NCBI RefSeq assembly: GCF_006345805.1
Contig: NC_043009.1
Location: forward strand, 45,756,001-45,820,000
DNA: 64,000 nucleotides
Direction of reading: 5' to 3'
Source: Octopus sinensis
Taxonomy: Eukaryota
The translations under genes and the position numbers were made by a program. The notes below the pieces were generated by a model, which saw only the letters and a program-made list of their open reading frames with translations, searched no databases and was not told where the DNA came from. This document shows, one piece after another, positions 1 to 13,556 of this stretch (position 1 is the stretch's first letter; each line of letters begins with the position of its first letter).

Positions 1-1
1 C

Positions 2-168
2 GCAGGAGTGGCTGTATTGTAAGTAGCTTGTTTACCAACTACATGCTTTCGGGTTCAGTCCCACTGCGTGGTACCTTGGGCAAGAGTCTTCTACTATAGC
101 CTCGGGCCGACCAAAGCCTTGTGAGTGGATTTGGTAGACGGAAACTGAAAGAAGCCCGTCGTATATGC

Positions 169-210
<42 letters not shown>

Positions 211-413
211 ATCTGTGATTGTCCCCCCTAGCATTGCTTGACAACCGATACTGGTGTGTTTCTGTCACCGTCACTTAGCGGTTCGGCAAAAGAGAGCGAT
301 AGAATAAGTACTAGGCTTACAAAGAAAGAGTTCTGGGGTGGATTTGCTCGACTAAAGGCGGTGCTCTAGCATGGCCGCTGTCAAATGACTGAAACAAGTA
401 AAAGAGTAAAAGA
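2..413 (+). mobile_element. tRNA-derived SINE, family A (internal TA/TG microsatellite), near full length
   Basis: tRNA-like head with A/B-box-like motifs (TGGCTGTATTGTAAG ... GGTTCAGTCCC), internal (TA)n(TG)n, and 3' tail GGCGGTGCTCTAGCATGGCCGC...GAAACAAGTAAAAGAGTAAAAGA shared with many copies in the window. Confidence 0.9.
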
Positions 414-1034
414 TTTGTCATATGTAAAGGTTGCTAAAATTTATGCATTTCCTCTATTGTAAAGTGCGTACAAAAACGCATCAAATATTAAAATCAGCGT
501 GCTTGGATTAATACTTACCAAATAACCGTGTATCAAATGCCTTCATACATTCCACACGATTGAATCATCATTATTCATCATGATAATAATATATAAATAT
601 AACAAGGTAAAATGAAAGAGAAATTTGCATTTAAGTTCTAAATTCCTATAACTTAAAACGACAGACTACTTTAGATTTTTCTATTCTTAACTATTGGATC
701 ATATCTACATTCTACTTTTATATTATTTTGCTACTGTGTTTCTTTATCGTACACACTGAAAGACTTTCTGCACTTCAAGTTATCAAGAAACATCGATTTG
801 AAGGCTAGACAAGAAATTTTACTATAAAGTAGAAAACGAAAATAAGCTAAGAAATACTTTATTTAACAAACTCAATTGTGTAAAGAAACACATGGCTAAC
901 ATGAAAATCGATGTTAAACACACAGGAACATTATGAAGGATGTAGCTAAAACGCAGAACAGTGACTCACAGAATATGTAATCGAATAGGCGTATCTGAAG
1001 CTCCAGACAAGTCAACAATATATATAAATATATA

Positions 1035-1500
1035 TATATATATATTATATTAAATTAGAGACAAAACCACTATTAGGCAAATCATACAATGAAAAACTTA
1101 AGCCAATACATAAGATTATTTAATTTATATTATTTAAATATATAACAAAATTATTAAAAAAATATAATTAATATATAAATGGCGGTGCCCCAGCATGGCC
1201 GCAGCTCGTGAGCTGAAACTAGAATCAATCAATCAATATAACACTACGATCGTTTCATGGCTGTTAATTTCTTTAAATTTTCGAGTTACAGTCATTCATC
1301 AGGTGGTTTAAATATTTATCTTAGCGAGGTTTAAACAATGAGTTCAATGAGTTCATTGGCTTAAGTTTTTCATTGTATGATTTGCCTAATAGTGGTTTTG
1401 TCTCTAATTTAATATAATATAATATTTTACTATAAAATTGGATTCAATCCTAAATCTGATTTTTCCCTGTAAGTTTGGATTTATTCCCTAATATTTATTA
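1035..1500. mobile_element. Penelope-like pLTR remnant in head-to-head inverted arrangement (family P1), with an inserted SINE/LINE 3' tail at about 1180-1235
   Basis: About 1040-1105 is the reverse complement of about 1355-1415. The same sequence (AATATTAGGGAATAAATCCAAAC...AGAGACAAAACCACTATT) recurs at 41708 and 52830. It contains a hammerhead motif and is flanked by (TA)n. Confidence 0.7.
1241..1306 (-). ncRNA. Type I hammerhead ribozyme motif
   Basis: Minus strand reads CCAC-CTGATGA-ATGACTGT...ACAGCCAT-GAAAC-GATC-GTA-GTGT: intact core, stem II 7 of 8 bp, palindromic ACGATCGT stem III, GUA site, stem I CAC/GTG. Confidence 0.8.
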
Positions 1501-1554
1501 TTATTATTATTATATATATATATAGGAAAAAAGCAACAAGAATGGATTAAAATC

Positions 1555-1637
1555 TCGGTACGATCGTTTCGTATGAGGACATCTTTAATAAGCTACAAAA
1601 ATGCAGTGAATACAGATGGCTCGTACTCGTCAGCCGA
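1555..1637 (-). ncRNA. Type I hammerhead ribozyme motif
   Basis: Minus strand reads TCGG-CTGACGA-GTACGAGCCATCT...AGATGTCCTCATAC-GAAAC-GATC-GTA-CCGA: perfect 4-bp stem I, long imperfect stem II, palindromic stem III, GUA site. Confidence 0.85.
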
Positions 1638-1639
1638 AA

Positions 1640-2040
1640 AAACATCAGAGAATTCCCAAACATCAAAAGGGGTAGATACAAAAGAGGTTGTAAGATTAAC
1701 TGCATTGAAGAAAGTTCGATTCATATATATATAAAGACATATGTGTATCGTAAATGGTTTTCTTTTAATTGAAATCCTGTGGGATGGCGGAACTGTAAGG
1801 CCCTCGGATAGGATTTCTTCTGGTATTTGTTTCAGCACTTTGTTTTCTGAGTCAGATATAGCCAAGTTGTGTGCAAGACTTTGCGTCACTCGGGTTCATT
1901 CTTGGGTTAGTTTAACGGATCAGGCTTTGTTGCAAGCACTCGGGTAAGCTTTCCGTTTTCAGGACATCTTTCTCTTTGCCCCTTACCAGTTCCGAGGATC
2001 CCTGTACGGGATCATAAGCACTTTTGGTCCTTCTTTCTAA
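1640..2040 (-). mobile_element. Degenerate coding-like remnant just upstream of the hammerhead, probably the 3' end of a PLE ORF
   Basis: Higher GC than the flanks and broken frames, including an SLYIYES segment resembling the E-S-L-x-I motif at the end of PLE GIY-YIG domains. Its position 5' of a hammerhead fits PLE architecture. Confidence 0.35.
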
Positions 2041-2527
2041 ATAATATATATGGAAGAGGGCGAGGTTGACGGTAGATAAAGTAGGTACAGGGAGAAGATT
2101 TATATTTTCATTTCAAATCTACCTCGAAACTAGTTCTTCCCTGCATTTCTAGATCACTTTCAGCATTTGAATCTTGTTAGAAAATGTTTCTTTGTAAATA
2201 TTCTCAATCTATTAGAAAAGTACATTATAAAAGTACATGGAAAGCAGTGTACTAAGGAAATATATCTAATTCAGCTCTATGCTCACGGCTGTAGAAATTT
2301 TCTAATCTGGTTGTAAATATGTTTCACGTTTCACATATCAAATAGATATAGGAGGAGCAATCTGCAATTGTTGAATGTTTCTTTAGCATGCAGTATTGAA
2401 TTACACGGATAAAGCTAAAATTTATAATGTCATATTTAACATATTCATAAATTGCTCCGTTCAGAAAGTTCACTTCGTTAATTATGGCATTTCTCTTCTA
2501 AAATTATGTATGTCTTGACAGTATCGC

Positions 2528-2648
2528 AGCTGAGGCTGTGTGATAAGAAGCTTGATTACCTACAACATAGTTATGGGTTCAGTTCCACTGCGTGGCACCT
2601 TGAGGCAAATGTATCTTACTAGAGCCTCGGGGTGACCAAAGCCTTTGT

Positions 2649-2710
<62 letters not shown>

Positions 2711-2945
2711 TGTGTGTTTGTGCGTGTGTGTCTCTGTGTGTGCGTTTGTCTCTTACCACCACTTAACAGCCGGTGCTGTTGTGTTTACATCCCCTTAAAT
2801 TAGCGATTCGGCAAAAGATACCGATAGAATATGTACTAGGCTTAAAAAGAAATAAGTCCTGGTGTCGATGAAGTCGGCTAAAATCCTTGACGATGGTGCT
2901 CCAGCATGGCTGCAGTCAAATGACTGAAAGAAATAAAGGATAAAA
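2528..2945 (+). mobile_element. SINE family A, diverged copy with long (TG)n
   Basis: Colinear similarity to 2-413 across head, microsatellite and tail. Confidence 0.85.
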
Positions 2946-5743
2946 TATAATAGCAATAGAATCAGAATAATTTTCTCTCATTCATTGGTAAAATGGATAT
3001 ATGTCATTGATTATTAATATAGTTTAATTTTACTGACTCTTTATGTATTTCTAATTAAATTATTAATATTCTCTATATTAAATACTTTAACTTTTACTTG
3101 TGATTATAGCATAATTAGAGTTACATTTCATGCGACGGGTAACTTTGGAAGTGTACTCATACTACCATGGGTAATATCAGGAAGTGTGGCATTATACAAC
3201 AATAATAATAATGATTTATCTTTTATCAAATTCTCGGTGCTTATTCAAAACGATGAATCAAATAGTTTTTCAAAACTCTCCTCGTTCTCTATGTCTATGA
3301 TGCTTTTCACTCATCTTGCACTTTCGTGTTAACCTTCTCTGTATCTCTCTTTTAGACTATTCTTCTTTCTCTCTGTTCGTTATAAAGCTTGACTGGAGTA
3401 ATCAGCCACCCAATAAAACAATCAATTATTATTTCCACAATTATCGCATAGAATTATGGAGATCACTCAGTGTTTAGTATAGTAATATGATAGAGAGATA
3501 CCAGAATAAATTGGATTCAATAAGGTAATTTCAAATCTGTACATGATGAAATATCATTCTTACCATAAAATATCATTACATTATTTTCATGAATGTGGCA
3601 AATATCCTACTCTGCATGCAATAATTCAACGGACGTCCCCGAAATTGAAATTTAATACTTAATGTCTTTAAGCCAAGTGGAAACTTTTGATATTTAATAT
3701 ATATCGGAATATTCCATAATAGACTACATTACTACACATTATTAATATTATGTAAACATTTTCTAGAAATTTATGTTATTCAATCTGATTTCCTCTGGGC
3801 TTAAACAACTTTTCCTTTATTAACATACTCCTCAAAATAGAATCCCCTCGTGAATACCTAATTGTTATTTTCTTTAATGATTTTGCTCAAATTTCATACG
3901 GATTAATCAGATTTTGTTTCAAATCGATCGATTGTTTTCAATTAATATTATTTGAAGTTTTAAGTTCATTTCGTGAATGTTTTAAGGGAGGAAAATAAGT
4001 TAGATTCGGTGTTTTTATTGTTTATTCGAAATGTTTCTGCTTTTGGCAACATTGACAAGTTTCGTAAACTTTCTCATTAAATATTAGATCTTAAAATTAT
4101 TGACAGCAGTATGAATAATATTTGTTTTACGAAAACAACTATAAATTACGGTCGTACAACAGTTTTAATCATTACATTTGAGAACTGTTTATAAACAAAC
4201 ATAAAAGAAAATACATAACTTCGGAGACTTAATTTTATGTTTAAAATTTAATTCATTCTTTATAGAAATATGTTAAGATGTAATGCAGTGAGTTAATTAA
4301 TCGCAGTGGAGAATTAGAACATTTTTGAAATTAAGTATCTTACGGATGTGATAACTATATATAAGATTCTTTTAATTAAACATAAAATCAATTTATGACT
4401 GATTCATTCCATATTATTACTACCTTTATCGACATCTGATGGACGAAGGCAATATTGACCCAATCATTCGGTGCTTAAATTGATAATTGATGCACCGAAC
4501 TAGATAACAGATAACAGACGAATCAAACACTCGATATTAACTAAACGTTAGTTCTCAGTTGTGCAGAATGCAGTGAGGCATTTATAAACATTTCCATAGA
4601 GTTGCTAATGCAAATATAATAACCAGCTTATTATATATGGGTTAATAAATATTTGATATCAAGAATGGAAATATAAAGAAGTCAAAGAACTCTAACACGC
4701 AATCTCTTTTACTCTCGCTTACGTGAAATTTATACTGGTTCATATTTCTTTATTTCTCTTAATATAAAGAACATCATTGTAACTTGTAATTTGTTACTCA
4801 AAACATTCGCTCACCTTCTATTTCAAATAATGGAATTTATTCTCTGAAAATTATCCTCCAAGGACGAAATGACCAAAAATTCACAAAAATAGCGTGTTTA
4901 GTATATACTGAAATGGATTGGTGACTCACACACACATATTTCTTTAAAATGTTTATTGGGTAACTCGAATACTCGGAATGTATTTAGTAGAAAACTAAGT
5001 CAGAGAAAATAGATTGGTGTGATGTATCATTTTATTTTCATATTATTTCTAAATCTTGTAGGTGATGGATGATAGATAGAATAAAGAACTAGACAAATAA
5101 TATCTGGTGTGGCGGTGTCTCCGGGGCGATGAAGTATTCACCGGTCAATTATTGAAGCAGATGTAGTAGACAAGCCACTATAGTCAATTTCGTGTTTTTG
5201 TATGTATTTATATGAGGTACATATTAACAATAACAGACAATTCAAAGTCTACAGCTATGGTGTCGAACAAAAGGCCTTGCGGCCTTTCACGTTCTGAATT
5301 CAACTCCCTGAATGGCAAGCAATCTGCTTGCATACATAAAGTATGTGTACTTTTGAAAGTCGAACTGCAGTATTCATCTCGAGAAAGCATTTTCTATAGA
5401 CGTATAATCTTTAAAAAAATATGAGCAGCAGGGGAAGGTCGTTCAGCAGCAATTGTGGAAGTGCTACATCCGGATTTCTGCATATTGTCTTCATCAGTAT
5501 CTACACCAATCACTGATACAGAAGTAATGGTGCTTCCGTCGTTAATAATTAGCTTTTTATTCAGCCTGCTGGCAGAATGCGAGATCAGCGGCCGTTTAAT
5601 CACTGTTTAACTATATTAAATAAGCTTGTGGGCGATAATTGGTTGTCGTGGGGGGATGTAGATATTTGCTACTGGTGAAGCTAATAAGCAGAAATTTGGA
5701 AATAGGGATATAGCAATCTCACCACTGCTGTTGGTTGAGTTTT

Positions 5744-5877
<134 letters not shown>

Positions 5878-6084
5878 CATACATACATACATTCATACAT
5901 ACATATTTATATATATATAATATACAGTCTTCGTTATATTTTTACAATCAGTGGTGTATAATGAAATCAGTGAGTTTTATGTAACTAACACTTTTAAATA
6001 TTCGGCTTTTAAGACTAAAATTTTTTTTAAAAGTAATGATTTTAAATATTTGCCACAGGAACAGTCATTTTTTTAAGGAGGGGG

Positions 6085-6245
6085 ATGTACATTTCTTCGA
6101 CACCGATACTTTAATTTATCGACCCCAGAAATGATGGAAGTTAATGTCAAGCTCGAGGGGATGTGAATTATGAATGTAAAGAGCTAGGTGGACTACAGCT
6201 AAGCGTTTTGTTCTACGCGCTAACCTTCCTGCGGGTTCGCCGTCA
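6085..6245 (-). mobile_element. SINE family B, degraded
   Basis: Reverse-complement similarity to the head and central domain of 33629-33860. Confidence 0.5.
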
Positions 6246-7040
6246 TTGAAAGAAAATAATAAAATACATAATTACAGCTGATAAGTTATTTCCTACTTTA
6301 CGCTTATTATTCAAGAGTCCCTCGTTCAGCGCTCTAATATATTTTGTAGCCGAGTCTTCTCAGACTACCAGTAACAGGGACACATAGATCAGCGAAAGGA
6401 TTACGCAGTGAATTTAAATTATGGATAATTCAAGGAAGTGTTATAACATGGTAGTTGCTAACTGACATATAAATCTCAATTACTGTTATCAGCTCTCTAA
6501 TTTAACCATGAGCCAAACTCCTGTGATATGTGATACGGTAGGTTGAGATGAAAGGTTTCAAGATGTTAATAGCAAATCTTGGCTGCCAATGTTGTTAATG
6601 TATTCCTATGACATCAAATCACTGCTAATCTTTCAGCAGATGTGTCGCATTTTATAACAACTCTTTGCATACAATTTGGTTAGTTGTCATTGAAAGTAAG
6701 TGATAGTAATATCAGTGAAAGGAATATATCGATTTCTTCTTCAGGAATACAACCAATATTAGTGATACTCTAGTCGATTGAATCGATCCGAGAAGAGTAG
6801 TTAAGTATATTGAGAAATGAAAGCTGAAATCCACCTTGGCGTGATTCTCCACAATCGTCCGTGAACCTAAGTAAAAGCTGTAAATGATTTAACCCGATTT
6901 GCTGTTCTTCTTGTCAAATTTACATCAAATGATTGATTATGCGGCTGAGGGATGTTTTTAGAATGGAACTTTTACGGTTCTGTTTTTGAACTAATTATGT
7001 AGTTATTCTACCTGCATGCGCGCTTACACATGTTTCTAAA

Positions 7041-7084
<44 letters not shown>

Positions 7085-7181
7085 CATACATATACATATA
7101 TATATATATATATACATATATACATGGACATGCAAAATATATGCATATATATATGCATACGCCCACAAATATAGGCACACA

Positions 7182-7220
<39 letters not shown>

Positions 7221-7226
7221 TATATA

Positions 7227-8405
7227 TATTCTTTTACTCTTTTACTTGTTTCAGCCATCCGGCTGAGGCCATGCTGGGGCACCGCCCTTGTTGCTACCCT
7301 CTCTAAGTCCAGTTTGTCGTGGCTGGCCACTGATCTAAGAGAGAGTTTGTAGCTGCTGCCCTTAGGTTACCTTCGTACCTTGCAGTGGGTTCATCTGGGA
7401 TCCCGGAAAGCAGCTTGTCTAGATGTTTTTTGAAAATGTCCACATCCGCATCATGTAGATCTCTTAGTTTTCTTGGCAGTTTGTTGAACAGCTGAGGGCC
7501 CCTGAACCCCAGGCTATTATAGTATCTGCTCCTTACCCTGGATGTGGAAGACGGGACCTTTGGCACCACACAGTGACGTCCTGTACGGGGATTGGAACAG
7601 CTCTCAATTCCAAAATTTGGTGCTAGTCCCTCCAGGATTTTCCATATGTATATCACTGCATATCTCTCTCGTCTTCGTTCCAAGGAGTACAAATTGAGTT
7701 CCCTAAGCCTCTCCCAATAGTTCTTTTCTTTCATGGTGGAAATCCTCTTGGTGAAATGTCTTTGGATTGTCTCAAGCTCTGTGGTTAGTTTGACACTATG
7801 CGGTGACCATAGGACAAATGTCCTCCATAGTGTCAACATGGTCTCGCAGTCTCTTGTCCGGAATGTCCTCAGGATCCAGCCAGTGAGTCGTCTGCACATT
7901 GTCGCCACCTTCGCGATGTGTGAAAAAAAAGATGCATCGTCACTCATGTCTATCCCCAGGTCCCGTATTGATTTCGATACTGGGATTTCGATCCCTCCTG
8001 GACCAGTATAGTTGTGTTGTAATGTATATGTGTTTACAGCTTGATATTGTAAGGCTTGAAATTTACCAGCATTAAATTGCATGTTGTTGTCTTCAGCCCA
8101 TTTGTATATGGCATCCAGATCTTGTTGCAAAAGGTGAGCATCAGCTGGGTTTTTGATTGCCTGTGCTACCTTTGTGTCATCAGCATAGCTAGTGAGGGAT
8201 GTTGTTTGTGCAACCAGGGGCATGTCAGAGAGCGCCTCCAAAAACAGCAAGGGTCCCAAGACTGTGCCCTGTGGCACCCCGCTTGCTATTGGTGTCTTTC
8301 CCGAGAGGGCTCCATTGGCTGCAACCATCTGGCTTCTGTCCTTCAGGAAGTCATGTATCCACTCACCTACTTTTCCTGTTATGCCGAGTCTGAGTAATTT
8401 GTGAC
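7227..8405 (-). mobile_element. 5'-truncated CR1/L2-group (Jockey superclade) LINE: RT C-terminal half plus 3' UTR
   Basis: ORF 7303-8328 has SGVPQGTVLGPLLF, YADDTK, FNAGKFQ, RDLGI and YSLERRRERY. It appears to lack about 10 aa before LWSP (the usual xxxLEYCxx segment). It ends in a tail matching the SINE A tail and is bounded by (TA)n. Confidence 0.92.
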
Positions 8406-8425
8406 ATATATATATATATCATATA

Positions 8426-8513
<88 letters not shown>

Positions 8514-9519
8514 CAAAGACATCTGAAAGTCATGAAACGAAAACACCACACATTGCTGCAGGGGGCTTTGCTGTAACTGTACTATAATTTACAACAGTGT
8601 ACTTTTAGACAAACACAAAGAAATCATAAACCTCTTTTTAATCGGTAAGCTTAATCGGTTCTTCCGGTATATCACATGCAAATCGCAGGTTCATGCATCT
8701 TAAGCGTATATGTTATATACCCTGTTTCTATGTGTGTACGTATGCGCATGTGCAGGTTTTCGTATGTGTGTGCATGTGTAAGCGAATCTAAACTGCACTT
8801 AATAGTTTTGGCACCCATTTATATGTAAACCGTTAGTCATCCCCCCATTTAAGTATTATTCAGCTGGCCACAAGCAAACACTCGCTCGTGCAAAGGCTCA
8901 CATAAGTATTTCTGTTGAGGAGTGCAATATATTGAACCTGTAGAAAGCTCTCCCAAGTTAATTACCGTTAGCTCACAATGAGGAACGGATTCCACTTCTC
9001 TAGCACATGGTCGTAACAATACAGAAACTTATGTTCTAGAGTCCCACATAACCCAGTTTGGTGTGTTTTCACAGACATTATCTAGAAAAAGAATTTCTTC
9101 TCCGTGACCGTTACTGCAGTATTAGTGTTTCGACGTTTGAGTGTACACGATCAATTCAAAATTATTGCGTTCTTTAATTACTTCCAGCTTGATAACACTT
9201 AGCACACCCATCAAATTTATTTTTTGTTGTTTCCACAAACGAATTGTAGCTCGTAATGGGTTATATACGACAGCTTCTGTGTCTGTAACAAATATAATAT
9301 AACTATAGAGAAACGCGCGTTTTAACGTCACACGACGTGATTTATAGTCCAGATCAGTTTTGTTTTGCAAGCAGACTATAAGAATAATTTCTTCTCGAAG
9401 AGAATTACAACAGCGAAAGTCTTACCTCGTTGCAACTCACACGATTATGTTCATTATAAATGTAATTGTACATTAATATATAGCTTCGTTATAATCATTA
9501 CCACTTATTCAGCCATTAT

Positions 9520-9765
9520 ACATGGCCTGGCTCCCAGTCAGTTACCACGACGAATATTCCAGTTGGTTCCATTAACGGACCAATCTACGCGTAAAATTAA
9601 CGTGCAAGTAGCTGAGCAGTCCACCGACACGCGAACCATTACCATAGTTCTAAGGGGTATACAGTGTCACGCACCGAATCCGACAAGACCGGTCCTTTGA
9701 ATTTCACGTACAACTCATTTTCCGGCTAAGTGGACTGAAACAACGAGAAATACAGAATGCTCAAG
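9520..9765 (-). mobile_element. SINE, head-2 type body joined to tail-1 (see modular SINE finding)
   Basis: Minus strand GTTGTTTCAGTCCACTTAGCCGGAAAATGAGT resembles 27050-27085. The downstream part aligns with 43205-43390. Confidence 0.7.
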
Positions 9766-9851
9766 CCGTTATGCATACATACATGCATATGTATATATGC
9801 ATATATATATATATTTATGTTTGTATGTATGCATATACATACTTGTATCAA

Positions 9852-9990
9852 ATTCCAGCGAGGTCAACTTTGCCTTTCATCCTTTTGGAGTCAATAAATT
9901 AAGTACCAGTTGCGTGTTGGGCTTCATTTAATCGATGGACCCCCACCCCCAAAATTTCGGGCCTTGTGTTTAAAGTAGAAAAGAATATAT
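9852..9990 (+). mobile_element. SINE family B, 3' half
   Basis: GAGGTCAACTTTGCCTTTCATCCTTTTGGAGTCAATAAATTAAGTACCAGTT central domain and CCCCAAAATTTCGGGCCTTGTG tail. Confidence 0.85.
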
Positions 9991-12900
9991 ATGATTGTAT
10001 ATCTTATCAAACTGAGTTTTAGTTTTAGTAAAAAAGCATGTCCACACTCGGTATGTGTAATATGAATAGTTTATTTGAATGGTTTACCATTTCCCCTGGA
10101 AAGGTAAACCCATGATTCATTGTATGTATTTATTTTGTATACATACATACATACATGCATATATATAAGTATGCATATAATGCATATAATCATATATATT
10201 TGTAGATATGCATACACACACGCATATACATATATGTATATATGTGTATATGTATATGTAGAGAGCACCAGTTGTTTAGCAAGTACTTCAGTACTTTATT
10301 CATCAAAATCGCTTAAAGGTCGATAAAAACATCGTTAGCACTATGACCAGTACTATTTTGAAGTGTATTCATGCCACTTATACATATTCTATGGAATAAA
10401 CAAAATTAACAAATAAAATCAATAGATAAAATCAATAAATAAAGCACTCTTTGTTTATTTTAGTTCAGTAAAATCAATAATCACAATCACTTGCTAAGGG
10501 CCTCTAGAAAGGATATTTTGCAATATTTCCCCTTTCCTAGTCATTTCTGAGATTTTAGCTATGTATGAAATCAATAACCAAATGCGTTACACATATTATA
10601 TATAGCATTTCACTCGTGATCTTACTTCAATAAAGTTTAGCAGCGACAAAGCTGAGTCTTGTAGGCGATAGTATTAAGGATTCTCTACCAGTTTTGAATA
10701 TCGAATTCCTGTATATCACTTCTCACGATATCGAATGCCGTTTCCTCTATTCACAGTTAGTATAGATTAAACGCATTTCTTTTTTAAATAAAGTATTTGC
10801 TTTGTCTTTTGTTTTCACTCTATTCAGAAAAAATGTACTTCATTCTATTTTATTTTTTTGTTGTTGTAATTAACAAATGTCTTTTATAACGCATTTAACA
10901 AAAGACTGGGCCTCACTTCGATGTGTTTCTTGCAGAGATACTTCCTCCTGCAATTGCTGTATTCCCGTTAATGTAAATGAAAAGTAATTGTTATAGTTCT
11001 TCTTTCTCCATTTTCTAACCGAATTTATTATGTGTGGAATGTGTAAATAAAGATACAAATTGTTTTATACTGCAGTGGTCACATACATATGAGTCTAGGA
11101 ACAAGGTAAAAGATGAAGATCTACAGGGGCACTCGGTTAGAATAAGATATAAAATTCTACTCAAATCATAACAAATCTTCTCAAAGTATAAACAAGAAAA
11201 CAAACAAAAAGCATGATGTCTGTCTTAAAAGAAATAAGAGATGGTCAGGGCTGGAACTCTTGTTATCATAGTCCTGCAAATCTAAATGACAACACACAAC
11301 TCATCCGCACTAAATTAATGAGAATTTCTAATGAAATAAAGATTTTCTTGAAACTTAAGTATACCGGGAGATGCAAATTAAACAGACTATATTATGCCAT
11401 CGGCATTATAATATTTCCACGACCACGACATTTAATCATTAATTATTTAGTTGAACATAAACGCACTTTAATACAGAAATAATTCTCACTACAGTGAAGT
11501 AATTATATCACCAGAGAAATCTGATTCCATGATTGATTGGTTTAAACTACCATATTTCCAAATTCTTTCAATAACGACCCATTGATCACATTTCCTTTCA
11601 ATTATATGATTCTATATTTTGCTTATATTTTCAAAAGTTTCCGAAACAGTTTCTGCATCTTTCATCCTTTTCTCTCATAATTTAAGGTGTGTGAAATTTA
11701 CATTAAGTACAAGCATTCCTCTGGATATTGTCTTCATAAGATATGTTGCGACCTCAGTATTAATGAGTTTACACAATGATTGGAACTCCATTTTACAAAC
11801 GCTGCTTTGATTGGTCCATCTGTTTTACTTTAGTAAGGGATGGGAGAAAACCTAAATTCTAATTAACTGAATGGATTATCTCCACTTCAATAAAATAAAA
11901 TATCTTGCCCTCTGTCTGTCTGTGTGAATATGTGTGCTGAACGCAACATACTCCGTTCCATCTGACAAAAAGAATAATAAGCCCAATTGTTGAATAAAAG
12001 TTTACAATAAAGTACGATATCTACAGCAGTGACATTTGTCTGCATGGTGAATATAGAAGTGTTAAAGGACTTAGAAAAAGGTCACAAACACGTATGAAAC
12101 TATTCGTCTCCAAATCGCAGCTCGCATTAACAAGTTTAAAGAAAATGAAGATCGTAATAATTTAGAAGACAATAGCTAAGCATATGGCCCCTCATGATTG
12201 GCCGCTTTCAGATGAATCCAAATAAACGTATATCCAGGCGGCTACGATATCCTACAATAATCGTCTTTCTTATTGCAAATATGTATGACAGTCTACCATG
12301 ATTCCTTACTTCCAATTTATGGCACCGGATTCATCTCATTATATAGGGCTAGTCAAGACCATTAAAAATCGAAACCCGTTACGCACATGGCCTCGTACCA
12401 GCACCTCAATTACCCTAGGTTCACTTTGACAGTGTATTTAGTAACTATTCGGTTTCATTACTACATGAAATCTGCGATTCGCTACTTATTGCAGGTTAAA
12501 TTTGAACTCGTCATGTAAACATATTAACCAGCGATCATATATCTTACTCTATTACAAGAAGTACTGTTATAAATTGTATTTGTATCGGAGCTATGAAAAT
12601 ATAATTCAGCACTGAATTAGTGAACACATGTAAACACTCAATTGCTTTTAATAACTGTAGCCATCCTGTCCAATCAACTCGATTTTCCACGAGTCTATAT
12701 TTACATGCTCCAAGGCAGAAGCAATATATCTATCAGATGGTGTCTACAGGAAGGAGTCGTTGGATTACAATGTTATACCGTGTGAAAATCACTTGTTAGC
12801 AAAACATTAAGAGTGTTACGTGCGAAAATATGGCTGTTTGTGTAAACTAATGCGGTGTTAAAGAGCACTGGCCTTGCTCGTTGTAGCAATTGTGATGATC

Positions 12901-13289
12901 CGTCAGTACAAAATTGCCAACAACTCAAGTGATTGTGACTAATATTTATTCTAACCAGCGTAATAAGTGAAGAAATTATTCGAAGAAATTGAATATTCAA
13001 ATTACTGAAAAATTTGTGCAATCACTGTAACCATTTCAACATTGACAACTACCTGAACTATCCCCGCTGCTACTAGCACCGTTCCCGCCGCTAGTACTAC
13101 CACTATCACAACCAACGCCACCGTTACCACCATCAGCTACAACGAAAAATTAGAGGAGGACGGAGCATCGACGTGGTCACTGGAACATTTACAAAAAAAG
13201 AACTGTTCGACGTCTTTCAAAAACCTTTTATAAATAAGCGAACGGTATATTAGATAATTATGATTATCCCCTTGTGCTCTTCCCCAGTA

Positions 13290-13556
13290 GCCAATGTGGT
13301 ATCTCGCAGCCCTTGGCATATTTCGGTCATATTATGCGGAGAAAATCCCTGGAGAAGGACATCATGCACGGAATGGTCAGTGGCAAGAGAGGAAGCGGCC
13401 GACCAAGAACCCGCTGGCTTGACACCATCAAGAGTGATACCGAAATGGACATAGCCAGTCTGAAAGAAGCGGCCCAGGATAGAACTGACTGGAGGACACT
13501 GATCCAACGAGTAACCGAGAGTCGACTTTGACTGAGCGGATAAATAGATAGATAGA
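13290..13556 (+). mobile_element. RTE-clade LINE 3' end (5'-truncated)
   Basis: Translates to LAYFGHIMRRKSLEKDIMHGMVSGKRGSGRPRTRWLDTIK...AAQDRTDWR, typical of the RTE C-terminus, and ends in a (GATA)n tail. Confidence 0.88.

Noticed and set aside
5455-5502. Minus-strand CTGATGA...GAAA-TCC-GGA-TG
   Set aside because: There is no stem II, and the triplet would be AUG, which is not NUH.
7733-8404. + strand ORFs of 64-113 aa
   Set aside because: They are antisense shadows of the LINE RT frame.
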